From the NCBI RefSeq assembly GCF_964204645.1, contig NC_134034.1, positions 12,164,962 through 12,228,961 of the forward strand: 64,000 nucleotides of DNA, given 5' to 3'. The notes beneath the pieces are model-generated. The model was not told where the DNA came from. It saw nothing but the letters and a program-made list of their open reading frames with translations, and made no database searches. This DNA is from Tubulanus polymorphus (lineage: Eukaryota; Animalia; Nemertea). A program made the translations under genes and the position numbers. Below, in pieces: positions 13,431 to 27,370 of this stretch (the first letter of the stretch is position 1; the number at the start of each line of letters is the position of its first letter).

Positions 13431-16400
13431 ACGTGAAATCTCGCCGTTTCGCGCTTAATAACGTGTTAATCTCGTAATACGATTAGCACAGGGAAATCAC
13501 AGTAACGTCGTCAATCAGTAGACACTGAGTCGGATTAGAACCTACGCAAGTTGGGCTGTGGTGCGCACCTGTCTAGTCAAACATAGCCGCAGGAACAACC
13601 TTAATGTAATTCGTATTCGCGCTACTTAGATTCGCTCTAGAACATTCCAAATGCATTTTTTTATAAATGTTTTTTTTTGACGCTGTAAAAACCGTTACAA
13701 TAATGTTTATATACATTGATACCTAGTACGCGTTATATAAGGTTCGGTATGATTCGATCTGTGCACTACGTCATCGATATTGGCGTTTTGAAATAACAAT
13801 TACAATATTGTGAATTTTGCCGTTAATTTTGTGATCAAATATATTTCTTAATTCTTATTTCATTTTTGATAGATTATAGTAATTGTTTTTGAGAGGAAGT
13901 GCACTTCGACATCAGTATATCGAAGCTAGACTGGTTGCCGGTCAATTCAATTCAATTATCTATATATTCAAATCCGAAATAACTTTATTGATACTTATTA
14001 AATATCGCCGACAATATCAGGCAATATATGTGTTATTTTTCGAGGCATTATTTTTCTTTTGATACCATGGACTCTTTTCGTCTTATAAGAGTCCGTTGTT
14101 ATACCAACAGCTTTTGAGCAACAGGGTCTTGTATCCCGAAAATTTTAACCTCAAATTTTTAGTTCAATTTATATTGTTGTAAACTTCATGTTTTCAACGT
14201 CGACCAACTATTCGAACTTAACCGTTTCCAAGTTGAAACTTTTTCGCGAATCTGCACCTACGGGGCCGCTCAACAGATGACTTCAAATGCACTTAAAAAG
14301 TATCTTGTATTTTGTTTATGTCGTATACGATTCTTCAGTTCCCCCCGGTCTCCGTCATTAGTTACAATTTAATTTCTTCATGGCCAACCCGTTTACCACA
14401 TTTTTATTATCCGCTCTTGCCCAGTCCTGTCCAATTATTTGCACCTACGTTCATTTTATCAACATAAATATGGATTAAAGGATTATCTAGTTGTTAATCC
14501 TATCAAAATAAGAATTAAGTTGTCGGGATTTTACGACGGCCTTAAATTATTAGTATAATAGCCATTTTTATTGCCTGGTATTCTGAATCTCTCGGCTTCC
14601 GAACGATTAAAGTCGGATTAGATTTGGCTTTATTAGTCATTGTGAAATCATAAGATTTAATTGGACGCCTAATATCAACAGTTTTCGTGAAATTATTTAA
14701 ACTCTAATATCGCCCTCGAGTTGGAGTTGGTCCTCGGATACTTGAGCGGTGGCTTTTTGATCCTTCAAATTCGGAAAATACGTCATTACGCAACGTTTTC
14801 CACAGGGTAACACTTAACCTTTTTTCAAAACCTACTCGATGGTCACATCGTCTTTACCGAGTAAGGAATGAGCGACCGTAGACATACCCCCGAAACAGAA
14901 GAAAACAATTCGAAGATTTGACCGGTCTCAACAAAATTCCATCGTGCCATCGTGAAAACTTTTCGGTATGCAAATTAAGGCGCAAAATACGACCTTGAAA
15001 ATATGACCGGAATATTACCGAGAAATATTCGAAATAACGGTTCATAACAATGTCAAGGACGAATGACGAGCTGTTTCCGATGCGCGAAGAAAAACAAAAA
15101 AGCAAATCACCGGAAAAAATCGGCGCGGTTTTATCAGCGGACGTAACGATTTCGCGAAGATAACGAAATTATCGGAACCTACATCGATTTATTGATCGGT
15201 TATCGATTCGCAGCTAGGGATGTAATGAATTTACCGTTGAACGAATGAAGGTAATATTTCTGCGAGTATCAGGCAGCGAGTATTTTACCTACAAACGGGA
15301 AATTCACAAAGACTAGTCTTTACTGTAAGTTAGAAAGTGGACTCGACGCGCGTAACGCATCCTACAAGCAGAGGTTAATGGCTCGAAAGTTTGTTAGATT
15401 AAACTTAAACTTGTGGGTAAAATAGTAACAACGCAGACATTCACCCGCTATTCAAATAAGCCAACCCACATTTGATATTCTAACCATCTATTTTCTGACA
15501 GTTCCGAAGTTTTCACTTCTTTATCATCAGAGAAACAAAATCGCTCATTTACTCAACTGGTATTAATCTCAGTTTACCAGTCACGCGACTGCGGTGTTGT
15601 CGAAAATCCAATATCGCTGCTTTGCGGTCGTGTTTAATTTAAAAAAATTTTTTTTATCGATAAAACATGTACGAAATACGAAAGAAAAGTTAATATCGAA
15701 CGAAAAAAGAGCAGAATTTTCTTCCGATAAAGAAACCTTTTTTTTCTAAGACGGCCGAGAGATTTTGCCGAACACTCGTCACGGAGTTGTTCATTGCTAC
15801 GAGAAATATTTCAACGTACGTCGGAAAGCTTTCGTTTCACCTCCAGGGGTATAGAAATAACAACGATTATGAAATAACAGAAAATTCAGCTGCGAGTCAA
15901 CGCAAATAAACTCGACGGCATTTTATTGCAATATCCGAATGTTCCCGAAATTCCACGGTTTTATCGTGTTAGCCGTTATGAAATATTCCAACTATGAGAT
16001 CACTGGATAGCTGCTTAACGGAAGGGTTCGGAAATAAGAAATCAGAGATTTCGAGCCTCGGGGCCGTTCCCGAAAAACAATCACTAGCAGGTTTATTTTA
16101 CTTTCCTATCCTTGTATAGCTAGCGACTTTTTGCTCTCCTCCTCCCCCAATTTACCCCCTCCCCAATTCCCCGAGTGTCCCGTGTTAAAAGACAAATTCC
16201 CTGTGAGAGATTTTGTGAGTTAGGCCAATACACCTCGCAATCAGAAACCCAATGACAAACTCTAAAGTGCTATTGAACTCAGCGGAACAGTAACAGTAGG
16301 CAGCGAAAGAACTAACAGGTGGTAATTCAAATTTGGATTGATTTCAAAATGCAAATTTCATTCTAACCCATAATTTAGTATTAACAACAACTTTTAAAAC

Positions 16401-17037
16401 CTTCACGCAGTGAACTAACTATCTATAAGAGAGACATTAGTTATTGGTAACGTTTTTTTTTTCTTTCTTGATGTGAAAGTCAGAAATGGGCGTAGATTTG
16501 TTTATTTGTTTCGCGGAAAACTGGGGCGTGGATCGATGTACCGTTTGACCGCCGAGCGCGCAAGAATTTCCGTCCGGGATGGCCTGTTCGCGCGCAGCGG
16601 CTTAATTAAGTAGTTCCGATGGGCGCGAGTGAGATTTTTGTGTATCGGTGAGCGCCGATTGTGGACGGGTTTTATGGCGATGTATGGTGACAGCTGCGCA
16701 TCGGAACGAATTGATATCGATCGCGCACGACGCGTTACACACACACACACACGACCGCAGACGACAGAGAGAAGGAGAAAGTCGAATCGTAGTCGATAAA
16801 ATGATAAATCGTTTTTATGTTGTTGAGGAACTTTTAGCGCAAACAAGTGCAAAACATGCAGCACTGAAGCAGACTTGAATAAATATGTATTTACATATAT
16901 TCCAAATGATTGTTTAGCTAATGTGACTAAGACGTCTTCTTTTTCTCGTCGTCTGCAAGTCACTGGGTCGATATATTGAACATTTAGGGACGCCTTTTAA
17001 GCAACCTTTTGGATATTGATATCAGGAGACAGTTTTC

Positions 17038-17204
<167 letters not shown>

Positions 17205-17698
17205 TGGCGAGTATAGTAGGAATGATTTTCAGTACTGTAACACAGAACAGGATTTGAACATTAGGATTTAGTTCCACAGTTTTGAGATACGACCGAGGGT
17301 TAATTAACTCAGTTAACTGTGAGTTGACGCTCAAATACCGTGTTTTGTTCTTCATGTACTTTCTATGTATATAGACTAGGCCAGTAATACTAAGTATATA
17401 AATACTTCGAAAAACAGAAAAAAAAGAAATAAATTGATTTCTATTTTTTGTTTCCGACAGACCAGCTGTTTGCTATTAGATATATCATCTTATACCGTGC
17501 CGTTATTGTGTGGAGTGGCAAGTTCTTGATATTGGAAGCCGGCCGCTCGAGAGTGAGAGAGAGAGAGAGAGGGAGAGAGGGAGAGAGGGAGAGGGAGAGA
17601 GAGAGGCGAACTAAAAAACCTCTAGTTTCAGTTACTGAGCTGTAGTTGATATAAATGGCTTGTGCAGTGTAGTATTATCACTTAACGATTATACTATA

Positions 17699-17930
17699 TC
17701 TCTCCTCTCTCCCACTCTCTCCTCTTCCCTCTCTCCTCTCTCCTCTCTCCCACTCTCTCCTCTTTCCTCTCTCTCCTCTCTCTCACCTCCCCCCACTCTC
17801 TACTCTCTCTCTCTCTCTCTCCTCGCTCCTCTCTCCCCCTTTCTCTCTATCTCCCCTCTCTCTCCCCACTCTTTCCTCTCTCTCCCCTCTCTCCCCTCTC
17901 TCTCCTCTCTCTTCCTCTCTCTCTTCCTCC
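17699..17930. repeat. CT-rich low-complexity tract
   Basis: Direct reading. Confidence 0.9.
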
Positions 17931-18231
17931 CAATGGAGTATTCGATTGCACTTTCAGAGCACTCGAACGCACCGCAAATAAAAACGATTCTTCCCGTATT
18001 AATTCACATCTGCGGATTAATATTCAACAACAACAAAAAATAGAAAAGGGAAACCACGTGATAACTGTATTTTCAGTTGTAGTGCGTAATAGTGCGCGGT
18101 TAGTGTCAGTGAAGAGACCATTCGACAACCAGTCATTACACCCATAACTGGCTGGTCACCAGTAACCACACCTGACTGGTCACTGCGGTTTGATGGTCCA
18201 TCGACCAGATATTCAGAAACAACTGTAGTTC

Positions 18232-18300
18232 GGGCTCCTCTTGTGGCTAGCATGCCGGCCTTGGATGCCACAGGTTCTGGGTTCGAGTCCCGCTAAGCGT
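18232..18300 (+). pseudogene. Degenerate tRNA-like sequence (tRNA-Pro-like pseudogene or SINE head)
   Basis: B-box GGTTCGAGTCCC, CTTGGAT anticodon-like loop (TGG), GGCTC 5' end; D-arm and anticodon stem do not pair fully. Confidence 0.4.
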
Positions 18301-21064
18301 ATTTCGATATCTATTTTTCATTTCTGTCGATCGATTTTTCGCTTAAGCCGACGAACACAATTCAAAGATTATTTTCCTATTTTACCCGAAGTGGTGTCTA
18401 ACATTTTAACCTCAACGGGTCTCGGGTTATGCCGAGTTTACAAAAACGTCGTATATAACATACAAATTGCCTTGTGGTCAAAACGACGAATCAATTTACA
18501 AGCGGATTTCGAATTTCAAACGCGATGACGGTTAAAACGGTTGAACGAAAATAATTCCCGATGATGATAAAAAAAAGCCCGGCGGATATGTTAAATACAT
18601 CGAAACCGCCTATAAAAGGAACTAATGATTGAAATATCGCTATTTATAAGCATGTTTTAAGTAAAGACGGTTCGTTTCCATGCCCCCACCCCCGGGGGTG
18701 GAATTCTAACCGTGGAAAATAGAAAAAGACGTTTCTTCCCCATACTTCCACTCCACAGCAAAAGGACAAGTTTTCGGTTCATGAAACGCACTCAGGGGCC
18801 AATTGTTGAACAATCGTGGCTAACATGTAAGACCAGTTTAAGACCATATAGATTTTTACAGCCAAATCTAAAGACTGGTGTAACTGGAATCAGAGCGGGA
18901 CGAGGATCTTTTGCTCGTACGAAAATGTCAGAAAATAATGGAAAATTATTTCGTATATGATAACAATTTTGAATACACTTCGTTGAGTAGCATGGCGACA
19001 AAATTCTGTCGTTGATGTGCTCCCTCGAGCTAATAGCGTTCATTCGACATGTTTCGACTATGTCTTATTAGTCATCTTCAGTAATGCCGAGAAATATACG
19101 GCTTCAAAATGCCGTCGTCACTCGAATATTTCGGGTACAGGGGCTGGGTTCGGGAGTTAATGAGTTCGTTGTAAATATGGCGTCCGTGACGCGCCGGTAT
19201 AAATGAATGGCCACTTTGATCGATCAAGCGCGCCGGTTGTAACCTGATATATCTCTCTCTAATGTTAACATTTAATGAAGATGTTGCTCATTAGGAAGCG
19301 GAAACGATACAAGATATATGATATATGATATATGATATGAGGTGCCGTTTTGCCAACACGGCCGCCATCACTGATTACTGTACGCGAAATATATCGTTCT
19401 TTGATGAGTAATTTTGTTTATGCGCTCATCAACGGCAAACTTCATAAAACATAAAATTCATTAGGTCGAAAGCGTCAAAAGACTCATCTCCGACACCCTA
19501 CTCCCCCTCCCGCCCCCTCTCTATGCTAGACAGCGACAATCTTTTCTTGATTCTAAGTAATTAAGACTAAAACATTTAGCGGACGCTCACTCTCGTTCAA
19601 TTTTTCAAATTCATTTTCAAATAAATCTCCGAAAATGGCTGCTGGAAGTAATCCTCCAGAAAAGTCTGATCAAAAATGATAAAAAATGTTTTTTTAATTT
19701 ACATTGTGGGTGAAACAACTATAATCCAGACTGAAAATAGTCACAACTATCTACAAAATCTAGCGGACGTAGGTAAACCCGAAAAGTGCAGTTCTATAGG
19801 CTAATATTTTCCAAAAGGGTAATTCCTGCCGCTATATATGGTCCTGTCATCTTTATGGAACTGTTTGAGAGATTGGTGCTCTGAGCGCCGGTGAACATTT
19901 CTTGGATGCAACCGGTGCGATGCAAATATCTAGATTATCATCCGGGCATTTTTTAAGAATTTGCGAGCTAGGGATATTTTACTCATACTTTGTAGTAAAC
20001 TTTAGATCTCTATTTGTGAATCGGGTTCGACATTCCTCGGTGAAGTTTGAGATTAGATAACTAGCTTGGGATTGAATTATTTTCGATGTGTCCACCATTT
20101 AGAGGCAAATTTGAATCAGAATCGAAATACACGGTCCTACATTTTTCGTTTTAGTTCGACTCATGATTGAAAATGGGTTCGTTTTTAAACGATTTTCTAA
20201 ACGTTTCAACCTATAGGGAACTGTGGATCTGGATCCTGTTTTCTGTTCCGATAAATCAATAAGAGCTACTAAAAGAAAATAGCGCCGCGGATGGAAAAAA
20301 CCTACTGAAGATATCCGAAAACGAATCGCGAAAAATGAAGAAAAAAGTTGTGAACTCACCGAAATTATCGATACGTTTTCATTCACTGAAAGCCGAAGTC
20401 GGATGTCTGATGTCGAATGGCGCGAGTAGAAAGTGGCTGATCGTATATTCCGGTTTAAATCCGAATCCGACGATTTTACTAATTAAGACCGGTATCGTAT
20501 TACACGCACTCGTCCGTCAAACCGACCAGCTAAGCGAGCGTCTTTCCCCGCGCGCTACTGACGTTTACGTCAACGAACGTCAACTCGGGATATGACGTTA
20601 CGTATTCGAGAACGTATGATAGTAACGATAAACGCTGCTAGCGCGCGCGTTCACGTTTCAGCGTAGACTAACGCTAAAGATAATAAGTACCGTAATAAAC
20701 TTTGCGTCACGTGAAGCGAACGCCCGATTAATTGCTATTTAACGTTTTAAATAGTCGACGTCGTTACGTAATTGAATTAAAAGACAACGCTCGCGATAAT
20801 TCAGCGTTTACGTAACGTAATTAACGCGAGAATTAAGTAACGTTTCGACGGCGTTGGTAAGTATGGAGTCGCGTCGTACCGGGCTGTGGAGGTGTAGGTA
20901 CTGCTGGGTGTTGCTGCTGCTGCTGCTGCTGCGACGCGCGTGTGCGGTGCGATTCAGCGTCATTCCACGTCCCCGTGAATGCGATCATTCGATAAAATGG
21001 AAATAGAAATGTGCACGTCCGCTTCGCTGGCAATCACTGGTTACCGTGTAATTTAAGTATCCAT

Positions 21065-21199
<135 letters not shown>

Positions 21200-22349
21200 G
21201 CCGTAAACGAATCGGAATCAGTTTCCGAACCGTTTAGTTTCCGATTTCCTGACGGATAGAGATATTTCTCTCGACCGGACGGTGCAGTGCGGTTACGTCT
21301 TCTTGTTCCGCACCCCGTAGAAGTAGTAGCGCCTTGTTTTATGGTTAGACATAAATCTACGTTTTATAAGTGGTCGGTGTGTGCGTGTGGTGTGCGTGTG
21401 GTGTGCGTGGCGGGAACGAGTACATGAGAGACGAGAAAAACATCATAAACTAGATAATAATTGATCTGATGCTTGATCGTAATTTAACCAGTGAGATTCC
21501 AAACTCAAAACCGCTCCCAATATTCACTTACTGGTTTTAGTTAATGGTTTTACGGGTCAGACGAGCGAGTTTGCTTTTTTCAATTTTTTTCGCAACAAAA
21601 TACCAGATTTTTTTACACACTTTCCACAAGTCAAGACACAATCACGTTATAAGCAGTGCTGATCTTAATCTGAATATACGGAGTGATTTCCAGGGGCCAA
21701 TTGGACAACCAAGGGCTTAAGACCAGTTTAAGACCATCTTTAGATCGTTCTATAGCCGAATCTAAAAACTCAAGATCAGACTTGAGATTTAAGACAGAAT
21801 GTTGTCTTCGGTCAAGATTGGTGCAACTGTTGCTGATCACAATCTAAACGGGTACAAGTTAAATTTCTTAAACAGTTTTAACGCAGCTAACGTGCATTCT
21901 GAGCTTCGTTTTTTAAATGGTGCTTTGTGAAAATTATAACTTCCGAAGCTACCAAACTCCTCGTGATAAAGTTTGAATTGTGCTCTAAACTTTCCACGCG
22001 TCGCCGGTAAGTAAATTTCCATTGAATCGCCTTCCCCTAATCAACTTCATTGTGTTTTTATCGTTTCTTGGTCGCCGGGTTATTTTTGAAATATATAATT
22101 CGCAATTAAACGATGGTAGGTGGCACGTGAGACCGTGCGAAGCGTTTTGTCCGGCGCGCTCGAGTTTGGGCGACAAATCCGTACGGTCGATAAATCATGC
22201 GAAATACGTATATGATCTATTGAGCAACAGTTTTTATTACAGCGAGTTGTTGTAGTTTAATGGGACGAAGCAAGAATTCATTTATACAACTATTTGTTGA
22301 AACGAGTTTTATGTACCGTGATATCTTATATAAGAACTATAGCTTCGAA

Positions 22350-22612
22350 GAAGCGATAACGGGTTTTCCGCCTAGTAGCATCATTAACGTGCAAATCTTT
22401 GGAAGTTAGAAATAGAAAATATAGCCGCAAAGTAATGATAAAGGGTTTCCTGCCTAGCAGCATCATTAATAAGCAAATCCTTGAAAATTAGAAATAGAAA
22501 ATATAGCCGCAAAGCAGCGATAACGGGTTTTCTGCCTAGCAGTATCATTGATATGCAAATCGTTGAGAATAATATACATGTAGCTGCAAAGCAGCGATAA
22601 CGGGTTTTCTGC
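22350..22612. repeat. Diverged ~80-bp tandem repeat, 3-4 copies
   Basis: AAATATAGCCGCAAAGCAGCGATAACGGGTTTTCTGCCTAGCAG units; similar motif at 58493 and 63953. Confidence 0.7.
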
Positions 22613-23564
22613 TTTCGGTTTTCTTTTCTGCTTTGGGAGTTATGAATAGAAATGAAGAAAATATTGTTTATTGTCGGCAATTCATACCTGATGCGACTGG
22701 TACAACTACGTGAATGTATGTAAGACGCTACCCCTGCAGCACCGCGATACTGATATAGAAAAACATGTATGAATATGAACCCTGATGAACCCTGAACTGT
22801 GTTACTGCTTTTCTATGAATAAAAATCTCGAATAGAAATGAATTGAGATGGTTTTATGTCGATTCATTCAGTGCAGATTTAGGCGTCAATTTTATGGTGT
22901 CAAAATTCAATAAATCTCAATAGAACTCGTGATAAAATCTGTGTCAATCGGTAAATAGTATACGCGCTCCACTCGCGGTTAAACGCAATCGGGCACACCC
23001 CGACAATCGTCATCGGCATCAAATATCGGCGTCGACCGAATATCGAAAGTCGTCGGTCGCACGTGTGACGTTCACACACGCGCGACCGACATCAGATTTA
23101 TCAACGATCGATTTTCGACATTCGATTCATTTTGATTTCGACGACGAAACCGGGATTTCTCTCAGTTCGTGTCGGTTCACAGAGAAATTGTCGAATCTGA
23201 TCGAGTTTTCCTCTCGCGTCACACCTCAATAGTAAGCATCGCATTATTCTCGCAGCTTCTCGTAATTTCGCGTCATGTCTCGCGTAGCCGTCCGAGAATA
23301 TTTTCAATTGAGTTTTGATTTTTCGATTGAATTTTGTTTAGCGAGATTTCAATATTTTCACGCGAAAATTAAACGAGCATTTGCGGCGTGTTTTTTTTTT
23401 AATATCTTTAAATTGAAATTCATCCGAATTCACAAAAACGTGCTGAGACTACTGACATCAACAAATTGTATTGATCTTAATCCAACTAGCTCCAACCGCA
23501 TATAGCCCTGTCATCGAATAGTCCGTACAAAGCATTCTAGATCAGGCGTCTGCCTCGATCTACA

Positions 23565-23825
23565 CTCCCCCTATGACATCATAAATATCTGCTCCCATAG
23601 AATCACTATGACATTATAAATTGCTCACAAATTGTTCAAAAAATAGAAATGACTCCGGAGTAGGCCACCACCGACCCCCTATGACATCATAAGGTTGGCT
23701 ACAAACTCATTTAGAAGTTAGTGTCTGCCTCCCCACTTATCCCCCTATGACATCATAAGGTTGGCTACAAACTCATTTAGAAGTTAGTGTCTGCCTCCCT
23801 ACTGATCCCCCTATGACATCATCTC
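23565..23825. repeat. ~70-bp tandem repeat
   Basis: CCCCCTATGACATCATAAGGTTGGCTACAAACTCATTTAGAAGTTAGTGTCTGCCTCCC repeated. Confidence 0.8.
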
Positions 23826-24603
23826 CATGGAATATGTGTTCTTCCATGAATAGTTGAAATAGAAGTGACACCTCTAACGTAACCACTCGGGAAGGGAAGG
23901 GGAGTGGGGAGAAGAGAAGGGGCGGCTTCAACCCGTATGAATCCGGTTTATTTCTAAACGCGCATCACGACACGACGCGTGATGCCGGAATAAACATTAA
24001 TATACATGGGCGCGCGCCGCGTAAAAAATATCTCATTATCATAAATAATACGTCATCGTCGACATCAACTTCCGGCAGCGCAAAAAGAATCATAATTAAT
24101 ACGACACATGGCGTCAGCGGCGTGAAAAGACTAATGCGTTTTAAATCGTTCTCTGGCGGTTCATAGCGGGACTCGATTTATAAAATTTACTCTCGCCGGT
24201 CGGCGCGCGCTCTGTGATTCGGTTTTGGACGCGCGGTTTAAATTGATGAGGATTAAGCGAAGTTAAAGGAGGTCGTACCGTATGTGGAGACTGTTCTTCA
24301 TTCAATCCCCACCGCCACCCCCCCCCCCCACCATATGGCATTAAAAATAGTTTGATTCAGACTGAACCTTGCTTGGAACCCGTGCTGAGCTGTGTTGTGT
24401 ACAAGGAGAAGGCGACCAGTTTGGCTGCTTGCTTCATACCCCCCCCCCCACCTCCATCCCTTCACAACCGAGGCAGGTTGGAGGCAGGGGTATGCTTATG
24501 ATATGGGTAGATAAGCCAGCTGCCTGCGAGGTGAGATGAAAAAGCCATTAAACTGAAGCAGCCAGCAGACCGATACCTGTGCATATATAAGAAATCAGCA
24601 ACC

Positions 24604-24840
24604 CGCTAGCTGTGGACAAGAAACCAGCAGAGGCTGCTAGCTGTGGATAAGAAACCAGCAGAGACCGCTAGCTGTGGATAAGAAACCAGCAGAGACCGCT
24701 AGCTGTGGACAAGAAACCAGCAGAGACCGCTAGCTGTGGATAAGAAACCAGCAGAGACCGCTAGCTGTGGATAAGAAACCAGCAGAGACCGCTAGCTGTG
24801 GATAAGAAGCCATCATCCGAGACCGCAAACTGTGGATAAA
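24604..24840. repeat. 31-bp minisatellite
   Basis: GCTAGCTGTGGATAAGAAACCAGCAGAGACC units. Confidence 0.92.
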
Positions 24841-25281
24841 AGCCGATACACCTGTACTTCAGTCTGTAAATCGAATCAGCCACAGCCCTGTACTGATAGG
24901 TGACAGAGGCGGGAAGGCGTATATCACTGATAAATCGTTAATCCAACATTATGGTCATATTAGGACAGGTATTATTATTTTACTGCCCGCATTTTATGTC
25001 CATAACTCGCCGTATCTGACGCACGCACGGAATGAGCGCGGTGGATTGAGACAGTGATAATCAACAGACGCGTGAACGTCAGTATCAGTTATTTTTCGCA
25101 ACACCTGTGCGCGTTGGTTGTTACCCTGAAACCAGTCATTTCAATCACGTTTTATTATTTTTTTCTAGACCGTGCGCGAATACGACGACTAATGACTAAT
25201 TTCGGTATCCAAGTCTTCGGTATTTTGCTCGGTATAAAACAAGGCAGAATTTCACCCTGGTTTCAACGACGCAATGTAAGG

Positions 25282-25572
25282 GACAGAGTCTACTGTATTT
25301 CACAAACTCATACTCAGTATTTGACACCAACTCGGGGTAGAATTTTACCAGTCTCAACTTTACCGCAGTAAGAGACAGAGTCTACTGTATTTCACAAGCT
25401 CTTACTCAGTATTTGACACCAACTCGGGGTAGAATTTTACCAGTTTCAACTTAACCGCAGTAAGAGACAGAGTCTACTGTATTTCACAAACTCTTACTCA
25501 GTATTTGACACCAACTCGGGGTAGAATTTTACCAGTTTCAATTTTACCTCAGTAAGAGACTGAGTGTACTGT
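25282..25572. repeat. 92-bp tandem repeat, 3 copies
   Basis: GACAGAGTCTACTGTATTTCAC starts at 25282, 25374, 25466. Confidence 0.92.
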
Positions 25573-25979
25573 GTTTTAGAAAGCACCGAATAAAAACAGC
25601 ATACCCTAGTGCACGTACTGTGTTGCACCCTTGCAATTCTTGAATATCATTTACTGTTTCGTCTTCTCGTTCTGAGAAAATTGCTGTTAAATTGGCCGTA
25701 AAAAAGGCTGTTTCAAGTATATCCGGCGCGCTAGTAGTTTTTTATGGTCTCCGCAGTGCATTTTTCATCGCTGTTTCCAGGAAACCGCCTCAGATAAAAA
25801 AAATCAAGTTTATCACACGAAGATGCATCTTTAAGAGGAAAACAAAATGTTTTCTTCGAAGCAAAAATTCGCGTAATCTTTAACAGCATGGGTTGATGGA
25901 TTTCAACTGGGAGCTATAGCTGTGGAGTCGTGACGTCGGTCCATAAGTAATGTCGCAAATCTTATGGCTGGTCATGAGT

Positions 25980-26300
25980 TATTAGATTGGCTATAAAACG
26001 AAAATGAGCTTAGACTGGTCTTAAGTTGTTAGATTGGCTATAGAACTAAAATGAGCTTAGACTTGTCTTAAGTTGCCTTAGATTGGCTATAAAACTAAAA
26101 TGAGCTTAGACTGGTCTTAAGTTGTTAGATTGGCTATAGAACCAAAATGAGCTTAGACTGGTCTTAAGTTGTTAGATTGGCTATAGAACCAAAATGAGCT
26201 TAGACTGGTCTTAAGTTGTTAGATTGGCTATAGAACCAAAATGAGCTTAGACTGGTCTTAAGTTGTTACATTGGATATAGAACTAAAATGGTCTTAGTCT
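25980..26300. repeat. 47-bp minisatellite derived from the interior of the Harbinger-like MITE
   Basis: TTAGATTGGCTATAGAACCAAAATGAGCTTAGACTGGTCTTAAGTTG resembles the reverse complement of 53230-53290; a similar array at ~48300-48480. Confidence 0.85.
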
Positions 26301-26889
26301 GATCGTTATTCTAAGCCATCGACTAGAGGCAACCGGTCGCTACAGGCCGCACAGGTTTTTAAAAGATGTCGACAGTAAAACACTGCCTCCTAGTGGGCGT
26401 TTATCCAGTTAAACGGGACCGGAAGGACGAAACGACGAGAGAAAACTAGAAAACAACTGCTCGTCGCTGTATCGAGAACAAAATTACGAATAATGATAAT
26501 AATTGAATGCAGAAGATGAGATAGAGAGGAAAGGAGAGGGATGGAAGAGAGAGATTGGGGATTTTACGGTAAGATACCTCTCCTCATACGAAACTGTAGA
26601 TAGATCGCGAGCGAACGCGGTGGCAAATTGACCAGTAAATTAGTCTCGGCTACTAATGGAACCTAAAATACCATCAGTAAAAGTATAGCGGATGAGGGCT
26701 ATAAAAATGGGCTCTTACAGTTGTTGTCTCTGACATATACACTGACAGTAGGAAAACAAACTTAACTCGATATATATATACAGACTTTAGAAGATCGATA
26801 TGATTTTAATAGTTCGCGTCTGCGTCTAGTCTTCATAGTTGTTTGGAATTTTATCATTAGCGGACGAGACGGATTCAGATGAAAGGGCA

Positions 26890-27370
26890 AGGGGAAAGAG
26901 CGAGGGGAGAGGGGAGAGGGGAGAGGGAAGAGGGGAGAGGGGAGAGGGGAGAGGAGAGAGGACAGAGGAGAGAGGGGAGAGGAGAGAGGAGAGAGGAGAA
27001 AGGAGAGAGGAGAGGCGGGAGATGAGAGAGGAGAGAAGAGAGACGAGAGAGGAGAGAGGAGAGTGGAGAGACAAGAGAGGAGAGAGGAGAGAGGAGAGAG
27101 GAGAGAGGAGAGAGGAGAGAGGAGAGAGGAGAGAGGAGAGAGGAGAGAGGAGAGAGGAGAGTGGAGAGACAAGAGAGGAGAGAGGAGCGAGGAGAGGGGA
27201 GAGCGGAGAGAGGAGAGAGGAGAGCGGAGAGATGAGAGAGGAGAGAGGAGAGAGGAGAGCGGAGAGAGGAGAGCGGAGAGATGAGAGAGGAGAGAGGGGA
27301 GAGGAGAGAGGAGAGAGGAGAGATGAGAGAGGAGAGAGGAGAGAGGAGAGAGGAGAGTGGAGAGAGGAGA
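26890..27370. repeat. (GGAGAGA)n-type purine tract
   Basis: Direct reading. Confidence 0.95.

Noticed and set aside
18232-18300. Functional tRNA gene
   Set aside because: Cloverleaf stems do not pair; retained only as a degenerate tRNA-derived sequence
20833-21033. Minus-strand polyQ/Pro ORF
   Set aside because: Short, centred on a (CTG)n run, no acceptor or homology evident
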